From the NCBI GenBank assembly GCA_028697015.1, contig JAQVFW010000001.1, forward strand, positions 67,603 through 131,602: a DNA stretch of 64,000 nucleotides, given 5' to 3'. Position 1 is the first letter of the stretch; each line of letters opens with the position of its first letter. Source of the stretch: Minisyncoccota bacterium (GTDB lineage: Bacteria > Patescibacteriota > Minisyncoccia > Minisyncoccales > GWA2-38-27). Below are positions 46,648 through 56,175 of this stretch, piece after piece. The notes under the pieces were generated by a model, which was given only the letters and a program-made list of their open reading frames with translations, searched no databases and was not told where the DNA came from. A program made the position numbers and the translations under genes.

Positions 46648-47469
46648 ATGAAACAATATTTAGATCTGTTAAAATATGTTTTAGAAAACGGAGAAAAGAA
46701 GGGAGATCCTCAAGGGGTAGGGAATATTGCAGTTTGCGGTTACCAAATGCGTTTTAATATAGACGACGGATTTCCGTTGATAACTACCAAGAAAACCCAT
46801 TTAAAATCCATTATTTATGAACTTTTATGGTTTTTAAGAGGAGATACCAATGTTAAATATTTGAATGACAATGGAGTGACAATTTGGAACGAATGGGCGA
46901 CCAAAGAGGCCTGTGCTAAGTATAATCTGCCTGTCGGAGAACTTGGCCCTATTTATGGAGAAAAATGGAGAAGATGGAAGAAGAGAGATGGAGGAACAAT
47001 AGATCAGATTTCAAATGCAATAGAGGAAATAAAAAAAAATCCTAATTCAAGGCGGCTTGTTGTCTCATCGTGGGACCCGGAAGATGTTGATAAAGTTTTT
47101 GTCGCTCCTTGCCATTGCTTTTTTAAATTTTTTGTGGCAAATAACAAGCTTTCTTTGCATCTTTTTCAAAGAAGCTGCGATGTTTTTTTAGGAGTTCCCT
47201 TTAATATCGCTTCCTATTCTCTTTTACTTATGATGGTTGCACAGGTAACGGGACTGAAAGCTCATGAATTTATCCATACTCTTTCAGATGCTCATATATA
47301 TCTTAATCATATAAATCAAGTAAAGACCCAGCTTGAAAGAGAGCCAAAGGCCTTGCCCAAGATGACTATTAATCCAGAGGTTAAAAATATATTTGATTTT
47401 ACCTATGAGGATTTCAAACTTGAAGGATATGACCCTCATCCTTCAATAAAAGGAGATATTGCCGTTTAA
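46648..47469 (+). CDS. thyA: Thymidylate synthase (ThyA type)
   Basis: [23 protein letters not shown], the PCH active-site Cys ([10 protein letters not shown]), and [17 protein letters not shown]. Confidence 0.95.
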   Translation: MKQYLDLLKYVLENGEKKGDPQGVGNIAVCGYQMRFNIDDGFPLITTKKTHLKSIIYELLWFLRGDTNVKYLNDNGVTIWNEWATKEACAKYNLPVGELGPIYGEKWRRWKKRDGGTIDQISNAIEEIKKNPNSRRLVVSSWDPEDVDKVFVAPCHCFFKFFVANNKLSLHLFQRSCDVFLGVPFNIASYSLLLMMVAQVTGLKAHEFIHTLSDAHIYLNHINQVKTQLEREPKALPKMTINPEVKNIFDFTYEDFKLEGYDPHPSIKGDIAV

Positions 47470-47477
47470 ATACTAAA

Positions 47478-47948
47478 CTAACCGATAGTAAAAGCAATTT
47501 TTTTGCTTTTCTTTGTTTTTTGATTTACGTTTGGAGATAACAAGTGGAAATGGATATGGCTTACTGAACCGCCTGTAAATTTCGTGTCCCCGAATCTTAC
47601 AATCAGTCCTCCTCCTTTTATTTTCCATTTTTTAACTGCAAAATTAATAAGAAAAAATATAGATTGAAGGTCTTTTTTTGTAAGTTCAAAAAGATTTTCT
47701 TTATGCTCTTCCCCAATAAGAAGGAAGTGGTGTTTTGAATTTTTGTAAGGCCAGCTGTTATCTGTTAAAAACCAGTTGTTTTTTTTCTTGAATATCGGTT
47801 TTTTATGGTATTTGAAATTTTCTTTGCAAAAAGGGCATTTGCCGGTTGATACTATTTCTTCAATTACTTTTTTGTATTCTCCCTTTCTTGCATTTTGAAG
47901 GTTTACGAATTTCTTTTTAGCCATTTTTCTTTTTTCCCATATTGACAA
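47478..47948 (-). CDS. HIT-superfamily nucleotide hydrolase/transferase
   Basis: Histidine-triad motif GGSVSHIHFHLL plus an N-terminal CPFC. The true start may be the second Met (47924). Confidence 0.7.
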   Translation of the reverse strand: MSIWEKRKMAKKKFVNLQNARKGEYKKVIEEIVSTGKCPFCKENFKYHKKPIFKKKNNWFLTDNSWPYKNSKHHFLLIGEEHKENLFELTKKDLQSIFFLINFAVKKWKIKGGGLIVRFGDTKFTGGSVSHIHFHLLSPNVNQKTKKSKKIAFTIG

Positions 47949-48453
47949 GTAAAACTTCCAGGTGCTTTTTTACCATTCTTTCAATAATTTCAGTTGAGGA
48001 AGTTGTTTCTGCCTGCCTTGGCAACACTACTACTTTTTTTGAATATTTTTTAATATCATTGATTTGCTTTTTGGTATAACTATAGTTTGTGGTTACAAAA
48101 ACATCCGGAAGAATGGTTTTGACAAGATCATACTGCCAAGCGCCATTATTATCTATATCGTCAATAAGAGTAACATAATCAACGCATCCTTGATAACTAA
48201 GCATTTCCATTCTTTCTTTTTGAGGGATAACCGGCCTTAATTCATTCTTATAAAGCTTTATTCCTCTGTCGCTGTCTGCTCCGACAATAAGGACGTCTCC
48301 CTCATTTTTGGCTTTTATAAGGTATCTTAGGTGTCCTATGTGAAGCATATCCCAAGATCCGGCTGTGCTTATAATTCTGTGTCCCAGAACTCTGTGAGCA
48401 GAGACAATTTCTTTTAACTTTGAATAATCAAGGACGATTTTGTTTTTATTCAT
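47917..48453 (-). CDS. Cytidylyltransferase-like nucleotidyltransferase (HxGH family; RfaE-domain-II / TagD-like)
   Basis: TAGSWDMLHIGHLRYL (HIGH-type motif) in a 178-aa protein. Confidence 0.75.
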   Translation of the reverse strand: MNKNKIVLDYSKLKEIVSAHRVLGHRIISTAGSWDMLHIGHLRYLIKAKNEGDVLIVGADSDRGIKLYKNELRPVIPQKERMEMLSYQGCVDYVTLIDDIDNNGAWQYDLVKTILPDVFVTTNYSYTKKQINDIKKYSKKVVVLPRQAETTSSTEIIERMVKKHLEVLLVNMGKKKNG

Positions 48454-48538
48454 GGTTTTTATAATTATTATTCCCGTATAATAGCAATAAAAAGAAAAGA
48501 GGGCAAGTACTTCTTTTTCTGTATTTTTTTATCTTTTA

Positions 48539-48547
48539 TGTTATAAT
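48539..48547 (+). promoter_or_regulatory. Extended -10 promoter element upstream of deoC
   Basis: TGtTATAAT lies about 55 nt upstream of the deoC ATG. No good -35 box was found. Confidence 0.35.
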
Positions 48548-48603
48548 GATAAAGCAAAAATGATCTTAAGATTTGAAGTTATAAAAATAAAAAACATTAA
48601 AAT

Positions 48604-49260
48604 ATGAAAAATATAGCCAAAATAATTGACCACACAGACATAAGAAAAGAAGCTACATTAAAAGATATTAAAAATATTTGTCTTGAAGCCAAAGAATATG
48701 GTTTTCACGGGGTTTGCGTAAGAGAAAAATGGACAAAAACAGTAAGCAAAGAGTTAAAAGGAACGGATATAAAGACGGTTGTTTTGGCCGATTCTCCAAT
48801 GGGTCTTTCAAGATCAAGCGAAAGAATAAAATTGGCAAAAAAGATTAAAAAAGACGGAGGAAACGAGCTTGATATTGTTTTAAATATTGTAGACATAAAG
48901 TACGGAAGATATGAGAAAGTTTTAAACGACTTAAAAAATATCTGCAGGATTATGCCTACAAAAGTTATTATTGGCTCAGGTTATTTGACTGATGATGAAA
49001 TAATAAAGGCCTCTCAAATTGTAAAAAAGGCCGGAGCAATATGCGTTAAAACAGCGACAGAAAAAGATCCCCTTGAAAACAGGGAGATGGAAGAAAAGGC
49101 AAGGCATTTAAAACTTATGAAAAAAGGAGCTCCAGGACTTCTTATTAAAGCGTCTGGAAATATAAGGACATTAAAGGATGCAGAGAAAATGGTAAAGGCA
49201 GGGGCGGATATTATAGGGACAAGTTCGGGAGTTAAAATGGCAAAAGAATTTAAGAAATAA
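48604..49260 (+). CDS. deoC: Deoxyribose-phosphate aldolase
   Basis: IDHTDI..., the CVKTAT region with the Schiff-base Lys, and IKASGNIRTL....MV.AGADIIGTSSG. Confidence 0.85.
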   Translation: MKNIAKIIDHTDIRKEATLKDIKNICLEAKEYGFHGVCVREKWTKTVSKELKGTDIKTVVLADSPMGLSRSSERIKLAKKIKKDGGNELDIVLNIVDIKYGRYEKVLNDLKNICRIMPTKVIIGSGYLTDDEIIKASQIVKKAGAICVKTATEKDPLENREMEEKARHLKLMKKGAPGLLIKASGNIRTLKDAEKMVKAGADIIGTSSGVKMAKEFKK

Positions 49261-49267
49261 TTTAAAT

Positions 49268-50758
49268 ATGTACAAACCAACAATTGGTCTTGAAATACAC
49301 GTAGGGCTAAACACCAAATCTAAAATGTTTTGCTCTTGTGTTAATAATTCAAGTGAAAAAGAACCCAATAAAAATGTTTGTTCAGTTTGTCTTGGGCATC
49401 CGGGAACTCTTCCTGTTGCAAATAAAGAAGCGATAAAAAAAGTAATAAAAGCAGGACTTTCATTGAATTGTGAAATAGCAAGAGAGACTAAATTTGACAG
49501 AAAGAATTATTTCTATCCCGACCTTCCAAAAGGATACCAAATTTCCCAATATGACAAGCCAATTTGCAAAGGAGGATTTCTTATTATAAACGGCAAAAAG
49601 ATAAGAATAACAAGAATTCATCTTGAAGAAGATACGGGAAGAATAAACTATTTACCAAAAGAGAAGAGTTCTTTGATTGATTTTAACAGGGCGGGAGTGC
49701 CCTTGATGGAGCTTGTAACAGAGCCGGACATTGGAACTGGCAAAGAAGCAGTTAATTTTGCAAAGGAACTCCAGCTTATTTTCAGATATATTGATATTTC
49801 GGATGCAGATATGGAAAAAGGACAGATGAGAGTAGAGGTAAATATTAGTATTAGTAAAGACGATAATCTCGGAACAAAAGTGGAAATAAAAAATCTTAAT
49901 TCTTTCAGAGTTGTTGAAAAAGCCATTGATTATGAAATAAAAAGACAGACGGATATTTTAGAAAAAGGGGAAAAGGTAGTTCAAGAAACAAGAGGTTGGC
50001 ATGATAAAAAAGAGATAACCTTTTCTCAAAGAGAAAAAGAACAGGCTCATGATTATAGGTATTTTCCAGAGCCGGATTTGCCTGTTTTTAATTTTTCAGA
50101 AGAGTTTATAAAAGAAATAACTATTCCAGAGCTTCCAGAACAAAAGAGGGAAAGATTTAGGAATGAATATTTTTTGAAAGAAAAAGATATTGAAGTTTTT
50201 GTGAAAAACAAAGATCTTGGAAACTATTTTGAAAAAGTTATTTCCGAACTTTATAACTGGAAAAAAGAAATTGATATAAAGAAGGGAATTTCAAAAGAAG
50301 AAAAAGAAAATCTTTCAAAATTAGCTTCAAACTATATTATAAGCGATTTCCAAGGATTACTTGGAATTTTATCCGTTGATAAAAGCAAAATTACACCTGA
50401 AAATTTTGCAGAATTTATAATTCTTCTCTATAAAGGAGAAATCTTATCAAAAATGGCAAAGAATATCTTGGAAAAGATGTTCAAGACAGGAGCTGATCCT
50501 TCTCATATTATAGAAGAAGAGGGGATTAAAAAAATTACCAACAGGGGAGAAATTGAAAAAACGATAGAAGAGGTAATTTTAGAAAACGAAAAAGCGTTTG
50601 ATGATTACAAAAAAGGGAAGGAAAATGCTTTGCAATTTCTGACAGGCAAGGTAATGGCAAAAACAAAAGGAATGGCGGATCCTAAAGCGGTATCGAAAGT
50701 ATTGGAAGCAAAAATTTCTGCTGTTGCCAAAGTAGAAACAAAAACTATAAAAAAATAA
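49268..50758 (+). CDS. gatB: Asp/Glu-tRNA amidotransferase subunit B
   Basis: IGLEIHV.L.T.SKMFC.C, LGHPGTLPV, HLEEDTG and a C-terminal YqeY-like tail. Confidence 0.95.
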   Translation: MYKPTIGLEIHVGLNTKSKMFCSCVNNSSEKEPNKNVCSVCLGHPGTLPVANKEAIKKVIKAGLSLNCEIARETKFDRKNYFYPDLPKGYQISQYDKPICKGGFLIINGKKIRITRIHLEEDTGRINYLPKEKSSLIDFNRAGVPLMELVTEPDIGTGKEAVNFAKELQLIFRYIDISDADMEKGQMRVEVNISISKDDNLGTKVEIKNLNSFRVVEKAIDYEIKRQTDILEKGEKVVQETRGWHDKKEITFSQREKEQAHDYRYFPEPDLPVFNFSEEFIKEITIPELPEQKRERFRNEYFLKEKDIEVFVKNKDLGNYFEKVISELYNWKKEIDIKKGISKEEKENLSKLASNYIISDFQGLLGILSVDKSKITPENFAEFIILLYKGEILSKMAKNILEKMFKTGADPSHIIEEEGIKKITNRGEIEKTIEEVILENEKAFDDYKKGKENALQFLTGKVMAKTKGMADPKAVSKVLEAKISAVAKVETKTIKK

Positions 50759-50767
50759 AGAAAAAAA

Positions 50768-51694
50768 TTAGATTTTCTCTAAATTTTTTTTGGCTTCTTT
50801 TAATCCTTCAATCCAAATAATTTCTTTGTTTCTCTTAAACCAGGTCATTTGCCTTTTTGCAAAATGTTCTATTTCTTTTTGCAGTTTTTCTATCATTTCA
50901 TCATAAGGCATCTTGCCTTGTAAATAATAAGCGATGTATCTGTATTCAAGACCCAAATCCTCAAGGCGCTTCCACGAAATTCCTTTTTTGTGAAGATTTT
51001 CTACTTCTTTCACCATCCCTTCTCTTAGTCGTTTTTTTAGGCGTTTTGCTATTAATATTTTTTGCTTTTCTTGGCTTTTTTTTATTCCAAATATTAAAGA
51101 ATCGAAAAGAGGATTGTTTTCTTTCTTTGGAATTCTTTTCCCCGTACTTTCTATTATTTCAAGAGCTCTTATAATACGCCTTTTATTGTTCTTATCTATC
51201 TCTTTGGCTCTTCTTTTGTCTTTTTTTTCAAGCATTAAAAAAAGCTCTTTTTTTGTTTTTTGCTCCAATTTTTTTCTTAATTTCCAATCCGGCATAACTT
51301 CCGGGATAGTTGTGTTTTTTATTATTGCATCAACATAAAAACCAGTTCCTCCGACAATAATAGGAATCTTATTTTCTTTATGGAGATTTTCTATTTTTTT
51401 TATTGCTTTTTTCTTATAATCGGCAACAGTAAATATCTTTTTGGGTGATACAATGTCTATTAAATGATGGGGAATTCCTTTTGTCTCTTTCTTTTTTATT
51501 TTACCAGAACCGATATCAAGGCCTTTATATACTTGCCTTGAATCGGCAGATATGATTTCCGCTCCCTTAATATTGAAATGCTTTTTTATTTTTTTCGAAT
51601 TTAAATAAAGACAGATTCCAATTGAAAGGGAAGTTTTTCCCGAAGCGTTTGGCCCGACTATTGCAATTATTTTATTTTTCCAATAAGTCCCCAT
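50768..51694 (-). CDS. miaA: tRNA dimethylallyltransferase
   Basis: P-loop GPNASGKTS, DSRQVYKGLDIGSGK and IVGGTGFY motifs. Confidence 0.9.
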   Translation of the reverse strand: MGTYWKNKIIAIVGPNASGKTSLSIGICLYLNSKKIKKHFNIKGAEIISADSRQVYKGLDIGSGKIKKKETKGIPHHLIDIVSPKKIFTVADYKKKAIKKIENLHKENKIPIIVGGTGFYVDAIIKNTTIPEVMPDWKLRKKLEQKTKKELFLMLEKKDKRRAKEIDKNNKRRIIRALEIIESTGKRIPKKENNPLFDSLIFGIKKSQEKQKILIAKRLKKRLREGMVKEVENLHKKGISWKRLEDLGLEYRYIAYYLQGKMPYDEMIEKLQKEIEHFAKRQMTWFKRNKEIIWIEGLKEAKKNLEKI

Positions 51695-52884
51695 GGCATA
51701 CTTTTTATAATTTTAACTTTTATGAATTTCCCAATAAGGTCTTTTTTTAATGATTCTATTTTTACTGTTTTATAATCTTCAGTTTTTCCCAAATAAAGAC
51801 CGTTTCGTATTGAATTTATAAGCACTGTCACTTCTTTATTAAGATATTTCTTATTTTTTATAAAGCTGTTTTTTTTGATTATCTCATTGAGAATCTCCTC
51901 TCTCCTTTTTTTTTCTTTTAATGAGACATTGTCTTTCAATTCTGCCGCTTTTGTTCCTGGTCTTTCTGAATATCTTGAAATATAGGCCATTTCAAACTTT
52001 ATTTTTTTCAGAGCATCCGCGGTATCCTGAAACTGTTTTTTTGTTTCCGAAGGAAATCCGACAATTATATCCGTTGAAAGAGATATATCTTTTATTTCTT
52101 TTTTGATCATTTGAACAGTTTTTTCATATTGGGAAAAAGTATAAGGCCTGTTCATTTTTTTTAGAATTTTATCGTTTCCCGACTGAAGAGGAAGATTAAG
52201 ATATTTTGAAACTTTTTTTGAATTTTTCATTGCTTCAATTAATTCTTTCGTAAAGTCCTTAGGATGAGAAGATGTAAATTTAAGCCAAAAATCTCCCTTT
52301 AAATTATTTACCGTCTTAAGCAAGGAAGGAAAATTTCTTTCTTTTTTGTCAAAATAGGAATTGACGTTTTGGCCAAGAAGCCAAATTTCTTTATATCCTT
52401 TTTTTATTAGATTTTTCGCCTCTTTAACTATTTCTTCAACCGATCTTGAATATTCCCTCCCTCTTGTATATGGAACGACGCAGTAAGTGCAGAAGTTATT
52501 GCATCCGGTCATAATCGGTATGTATCCAATTGGGAATGAAGAATATGCCGGTTCTATATTTAAAAATTCGGATTTGCTTTTTAAAAATTCCGGAAATTGG
52601 CTTGGCTTTATCACAAAATCAAAAAGCTCTTCAAGTTTTTTTTGGTCTTTTTTTAAAAAACAGCCGGTTAAAATGCTTTTTCCTTTTATTTCCCTTAATT
52701 TAGGAACAAGTCCGTAAACTCTTGTTACGGCCGATTGTCTTACAGAGCACATATTAATAATCACTAAATCTGCTTTTGTTATATCTTTGGTTTTTCTGTA
52801 TTTTTCTTTTTCAAAAAGAGAAGCGATTCTTTGGGAATCGGAGATGTTCATCTGGCAGCCGAAAGTAATTATTGAATATTTCAT
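51667..52884 (-). CDS. miaB: Radical-SAM methylthiotransferase (MiaB-like)
   Basis: N-terminal ITFGCQMN, the radical-SAM cluster motif GCNNFCTYCVVP, a C-terminal TRAM-like region, and adjacency to miaA. Confidence 0.85.
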   Translation of the reverse strand: MKYSIITFGCQMNISDSQRIASLFEKEKYRKTKDITKADLVIINMCSVRQSAVTRVYGLVPKLREIKGKSILTGCFLKKDQKKLEELFDFVIKPSQFPEFLKSKSEFLNIEPAYSSFPIGYIPIMTGCNNFCTYCVVPYTRGREYSRSVEEIVKEAKNLIKKGYKEIWLLGQNVNSYFDKKERNFPSLLKTVNNLKGDFWLKFTSSHPKDFTKELIEAMKNSKKVSKYLNLPLQSGNDKILKKMNRPYTFSQYEKTVQMIKKEIKDISLSTDIIVGFPSETKKQFQDTADALKKIKFEMAYISRYSERPGTKAAELKDNVSLKEKKRREEILNEIIKKNSFIKNKKYLNKEVTVLINSIRNGLYLGKTEDYKTVKIESLKKDLIGKFIKVKIIKSMPWGLIGKIK

Positions 52885-52887
52885 AAA

Positions 52888-54567
52888 TCAATCAAGCATA
52901 GGGCTTTCAAATACAAGTTTTCCTGTTATTTTTCCCTCTTCTTTCATCTTTTTTAATTTTTCCCTTATTTCATTTGAAAGATTAAAACCGTCAAAATAAG
53001 CGTCTCCGTTAAATTTTACATCGTCATCAATAGAGAGTAATGCAACATCGAAAAAGTAAGCATTTCCGTTAAATATCGTTCCTTTTGGGATTGAGGACAA
53101 AGATATGCAGTTATCGAAATTGACATCTTTATTAAATATTGTTCCTTCTGGAATTGATTTAAATTTGGTTTCATTTTGAAGAATGACTCTTCCGTCTATC
53201 ATTATGGGATTTTTTCTTTCGCTTAATACTCTATAGTTTTCAGGATGAAGATCTCCTGTATAAACTTTTGAATCCTCGTTAATATCTGATATTTTTTCAA
53301 CTATTTGTTCTTTTTTACAGTTGAAAATAGTACAGTAGTCGCTTATTTTATCTCTCTTTGATTTTATTTCCTCAATTGCAGGGTCATCGCTAAGTCCGAA
53401 TCCTTCTATTTTTTTTTCTATTTCGTACAAAAAAATCAAATCTTCTTGATTTAATTCTACATTTTCTTTGATTTTTCTTTGCAAATCAGCAAGTTTTCTT
53501 GTATCTTTTTCCTTTTCCATATTCCTTTTTTTATTTTCAAAATCCGATGATTCTAATTTCTCACTTAAAATATTTCCTATATAAGGATCAAGATTTTGTT
53601 CTTCTCCTCTCCCTCTTATTTCTACTATTTTTTTGCCCTTTAATCTGATCGCAATACGAGGAATTGTCGGATTGCCTTTTTCATCATTTGAATAAAAAAC
53701 ATCCAAATCACTGTCTTTTAGATAAAGAGCGGCAGTGTTTTCTCCGGCAATACACCATCCTGTTCCTTTTCCTCTTATTGAATTTGCCAATGTTTCAAAA
53801 TCGTCTTTTTTATATTTTTTCCATACTCCTTCTTTTGTAAGTAAAAGCTCTTCTTGTATCGGGGCTATAAGTTCGTTTGCAAAAGAATAAAGCTCTCTAA
53901 AATTAGCTCCTTGAAGAGACTTTTTAAATTTCTCTTCTTCTTCGGGAGAAATATCGTATTTCAGTTCTATATCCTTTCCCTGCTTTTTTTTATTCAGGGC
54001 GTTTACAATAAATTCTAGGGCTTTTTCATTGATATCGGGAAATTTCTTAACGGTTCCCTTGGAACGAATCGGGAATTTTTTTCTTTTTCCATCATATTCC
54101 TGCATATGAATGATGTCTCTAAAAATCCAGTATTTTAATTCTTTAGGAATATGACTTGAATCATCTGAAATAAAATAATCAATCCATTGCTCAAGGGAAG
54201 CCCTTTGGTCCTTCAATGCTTCTTCAATTTCTTCTCTTTTTATTCTCTCTCTTTCTTCATTGGGAATTCTTTGCCAATTGGATAGTCCTTCTCTGTGACT
54301 TATTATTTTTTCCTGAAAAATAAGATATTCTTTAGGAATATCTTCAAATTTTGTAATATTTTCTTCTAGTATTTTTTCTTTTAATAGATGAAATCCTCTT
54401 TCTTTTTTTGATATTTCTTCTAACCGGGAAAGATAAATATCGATTCTTTTTTCACTATCAAGAGGGTTTTCTCCTTTTTTTCTGACAGCGCGCTCTACGG
54501 GTTTTGAAAAAGCAAGGTCTTTGTATTTCTCTCCTAAAAATTTTTCCATATTTTCTTCAAGATTCAA
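52888..54567 (-). CDS. Hypothetical soluble protein (559 aa), Cys-containing central domain plus C-terminal degenerate repeats
   Basis: A long uninterrupted ORF, 3 nt from each flanking gene, with no TM segment. It has a central GKGTGWCIAGENTA motif and C-terminal repeats (SIPEGTIFNKDVNFDNC / SIPKGTIFNGNAYFFDV / DDVKFNGDAYFDGF). No family is assigned. Confidence 0.6.
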   Translation of the reverse strand: MNLEENMEKFLGEKYKDLAFSKPVERAVRKKGENPLDSEKRIDIYLSRLEEISKKERGFHLLKEKILEENITKFEDIPKEYLIFQEKIISHREGLSNWQRIPNEERERIKREEIEEALKDQRASLEQWIDYFISDDSSHIPKELKYWIFRDIIHMQEYDGKRKKFPIRSKGTVKKFPDINEKALEFIVNALNKKKQGKDIELKYDISPEEEEKFKKSLQGANFRELYSFANELIAPIQEELLLTKEGVWKKYKKDDFETLANSIRGKGTGWCIAGENTAALYLKDSDLDVFYSNDEKGNPTIPRIAIRLKGKKIVEIRGRGEEQNLDPYIGNILSEKLESSDFENKKRNMEKEKDTRKLADLQRKIKENVELNQEDLIFLYEIEKKIEGFGLSDDPAIEEIKSKRDKISDYCTIFNCKKEQIVEKISDINEDSKVYTGDLHPENYRVLSERKNPIMIDGRVILQNETKFKSIPEGTIFNKDVNFDNCISLSSIPKGTIFNGNAYFFDVALLSIDDDVKFNGDAYFDGFNLSNEIREKLKKMKEEGKITGKLVFESPMLD

Positions 54568-54570
54568 AAA

Positions 54571-56175
54571 CTAGTATATTTTTTCTTTTTTTTCTTTTAT
54601 AAAATATCTCCACTGTTCGACAAATTCAATAAACAGCATAAAAGGCATGTCTATTAAGGCGCTAAAGAAAACAGATATTACATTGTATCTTTCCCATTTT
54701 GACGCCAGCCATTTTCCAAGATGAATAATGGGAGCCGATAGGGAGTCCAAAAATACGAAATAAAGCTGTTCTTTTTCTTCTATCATGTGGAGCTCTTTTG
54801 CTCTTTCTTTTATTTTTGCTCCTGCAAAAGCTATAAGCGAGAGGAATATTATAAATATGATATAAGAGAAGGGAGGGAAGCTTATTTTATAAAGGCCGTA
54901 GAATATTAATCCGACTATAAGAATAAATATTACAAAATAAACAAGATCTATTATTGCTCCGAAAAAGGCCCCTCTTTTTTTGAAGAATTTTATTTCGTAA
55001 ATATCTTCTTTTTCCTTTTTATAAACCGCCTTTATTACTTCTGAAATTACTATATCTAAATTTTCTTTAGGAGGCAGTTTTATTGTTAAAACCAAAAAGG
55101 CCATAAGAAAGGTTGGAACAAAAATATCTATTATTATTGAATAAGGATTGAATATTCCAATTATTTTGGTGAGAGGTATTTCTATTGCAAGGAGAACGAC
55201 AATATTTGTAAGAAATATGGATAAAGTAGAATAAAAAGCAGCTCTTCTCATTCTTGACTTTAAGGTTTTAAAACGTTCGTTATATGATTTTCTGATCATT
55301 GTTTCTAATTTTTCCGGATTTTCAATTTCTTCTCTTATTTGCAAAGGGTTTGATTTTATAATGTCTCCAATTATAAGGTAGACAGTATTGTATTTTTTGC
55401 AAACGCGATAAAATTTATCTCCCAGTGGATGCTCCAAAGAAGCAAGTAGCATCTCTTTTATCGAATGTATTTTTTCCCTGATTTCTTCCAATTCCTTTTT
55501 ATTTAAATTTTTCCAGTTTGGATATTTATAATTTAAAAGATGATAGCTTATAACCGGATTGTCGAGATTAAAAAGAGCTCTTTGAACGGCTATATATATC
55601 TGAATATTTTCTTCTTCCTTTGTTATGGGATTTATGGCAATAACTCCTTGGTTAAGAACAATTTTTCTTTTCATTGCCAAAAACATATAATTAATTAATG
55701 CTCTTTCTTTTATAGACGGGATTAAAATTTCTTCTATTTCGCAAGCGGCTATTGAAAATAAAAAGTTATAGAAACGGAGATTTTCTTCTTTATATTTTTT
55801 AAGTATGAAGAGATATTTATTTATGGCAATTTGGACTTCCTCTATTTTACTTTCTTTTATATTATCGTTTGGAAAATGCCCTCCCCGTATTAATTCCAGA
55901 ACCAATGGTTCTGCTTCAATCGGCGTTTCGTCTATTTCTCCGTTTATAATATCAAAGTTCGCAAAGACCCTTCTTTTTAAAGCTCTTTCTGTTGCATTTC
56001 TTCTTAAGAGGTGCTCTTCTTTCCAATCTATTATTCCTCTTATTTTTTCATAAAAACTTGCAACCCTTGAGGCCGCTTCATCAACGTGAATTGTTCCTGT
56101 TTTTTTCTCTTCAAGGCCTTTTCTCCACCTTTCATTTATATCTATTAAATTTTGAGCGTCTTTTGACAGTTCCAT
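54571..56175 (-). CDS. Hypothetical polytopic membrane protein (534 aa) with ~300-aa cytoplasmic N-terminal domain
   Basis: The start abuts the thrS stop with 0-nt spacing. The C-terminal half has at least 4 hydrophobic helices (for example LSIFLTNIVVLLAIEI, FFGAIIDLVYFVIFILIVGLIFYGL). No family is assigned. Confidence 0.6.
   Translation of the reverse strand: MELSKDAQNLIDINERWRKGLEEKKTGTIHVDEAASRVASFYEKIRGIIDWKEEHLLRRNATERALKRRVFANFDIINGEIDETPIEAEPLVLELIRGGHFPNDNIKESKIEEVQIAINKYLFILKKYKEENLRFYNFLFSIAACEIEEILIPSIKERALINYMFLAMKRKIVLNQGVIAINPITKEEENIQIYIAVQRALFNLDNPVISYHLLNYKYPNWKNLNKKELEEIREKIHSIKEMLLASLEHPLGDKFYRVCKKYNTVYLIIGDIIKSNPLQIREEIENPEKLETMIRKSYNERFKTLKSRMRRAAFYSTLSIFLTNIVVLLAIEIPLTKIIGIFNPYSIIIDIFVPTFLMAFLVLTIKLPPKENLDIVISEVIKAVYKKEKEDIYEIKFFKKRGAFFGAIIDLVYFVIFILIVGLIFYGLYKISFPPFSYIIFIIFLSLIAFAGAKIKERAKELHMIEEKEQLYFVFLDSLSAPIIHLGKWLASKWERYNVISVFFSALIDMPFMLFIEFVEQWRYFIKEKKEKIY

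Noticed and set aside
39248-50758. Separation of gatCA (39248-40926) from gatB (49268-50758) as something unusual.
   Set aside because: Split gatCAB loci are common in bacteria, so this is not noteworthy by itself.
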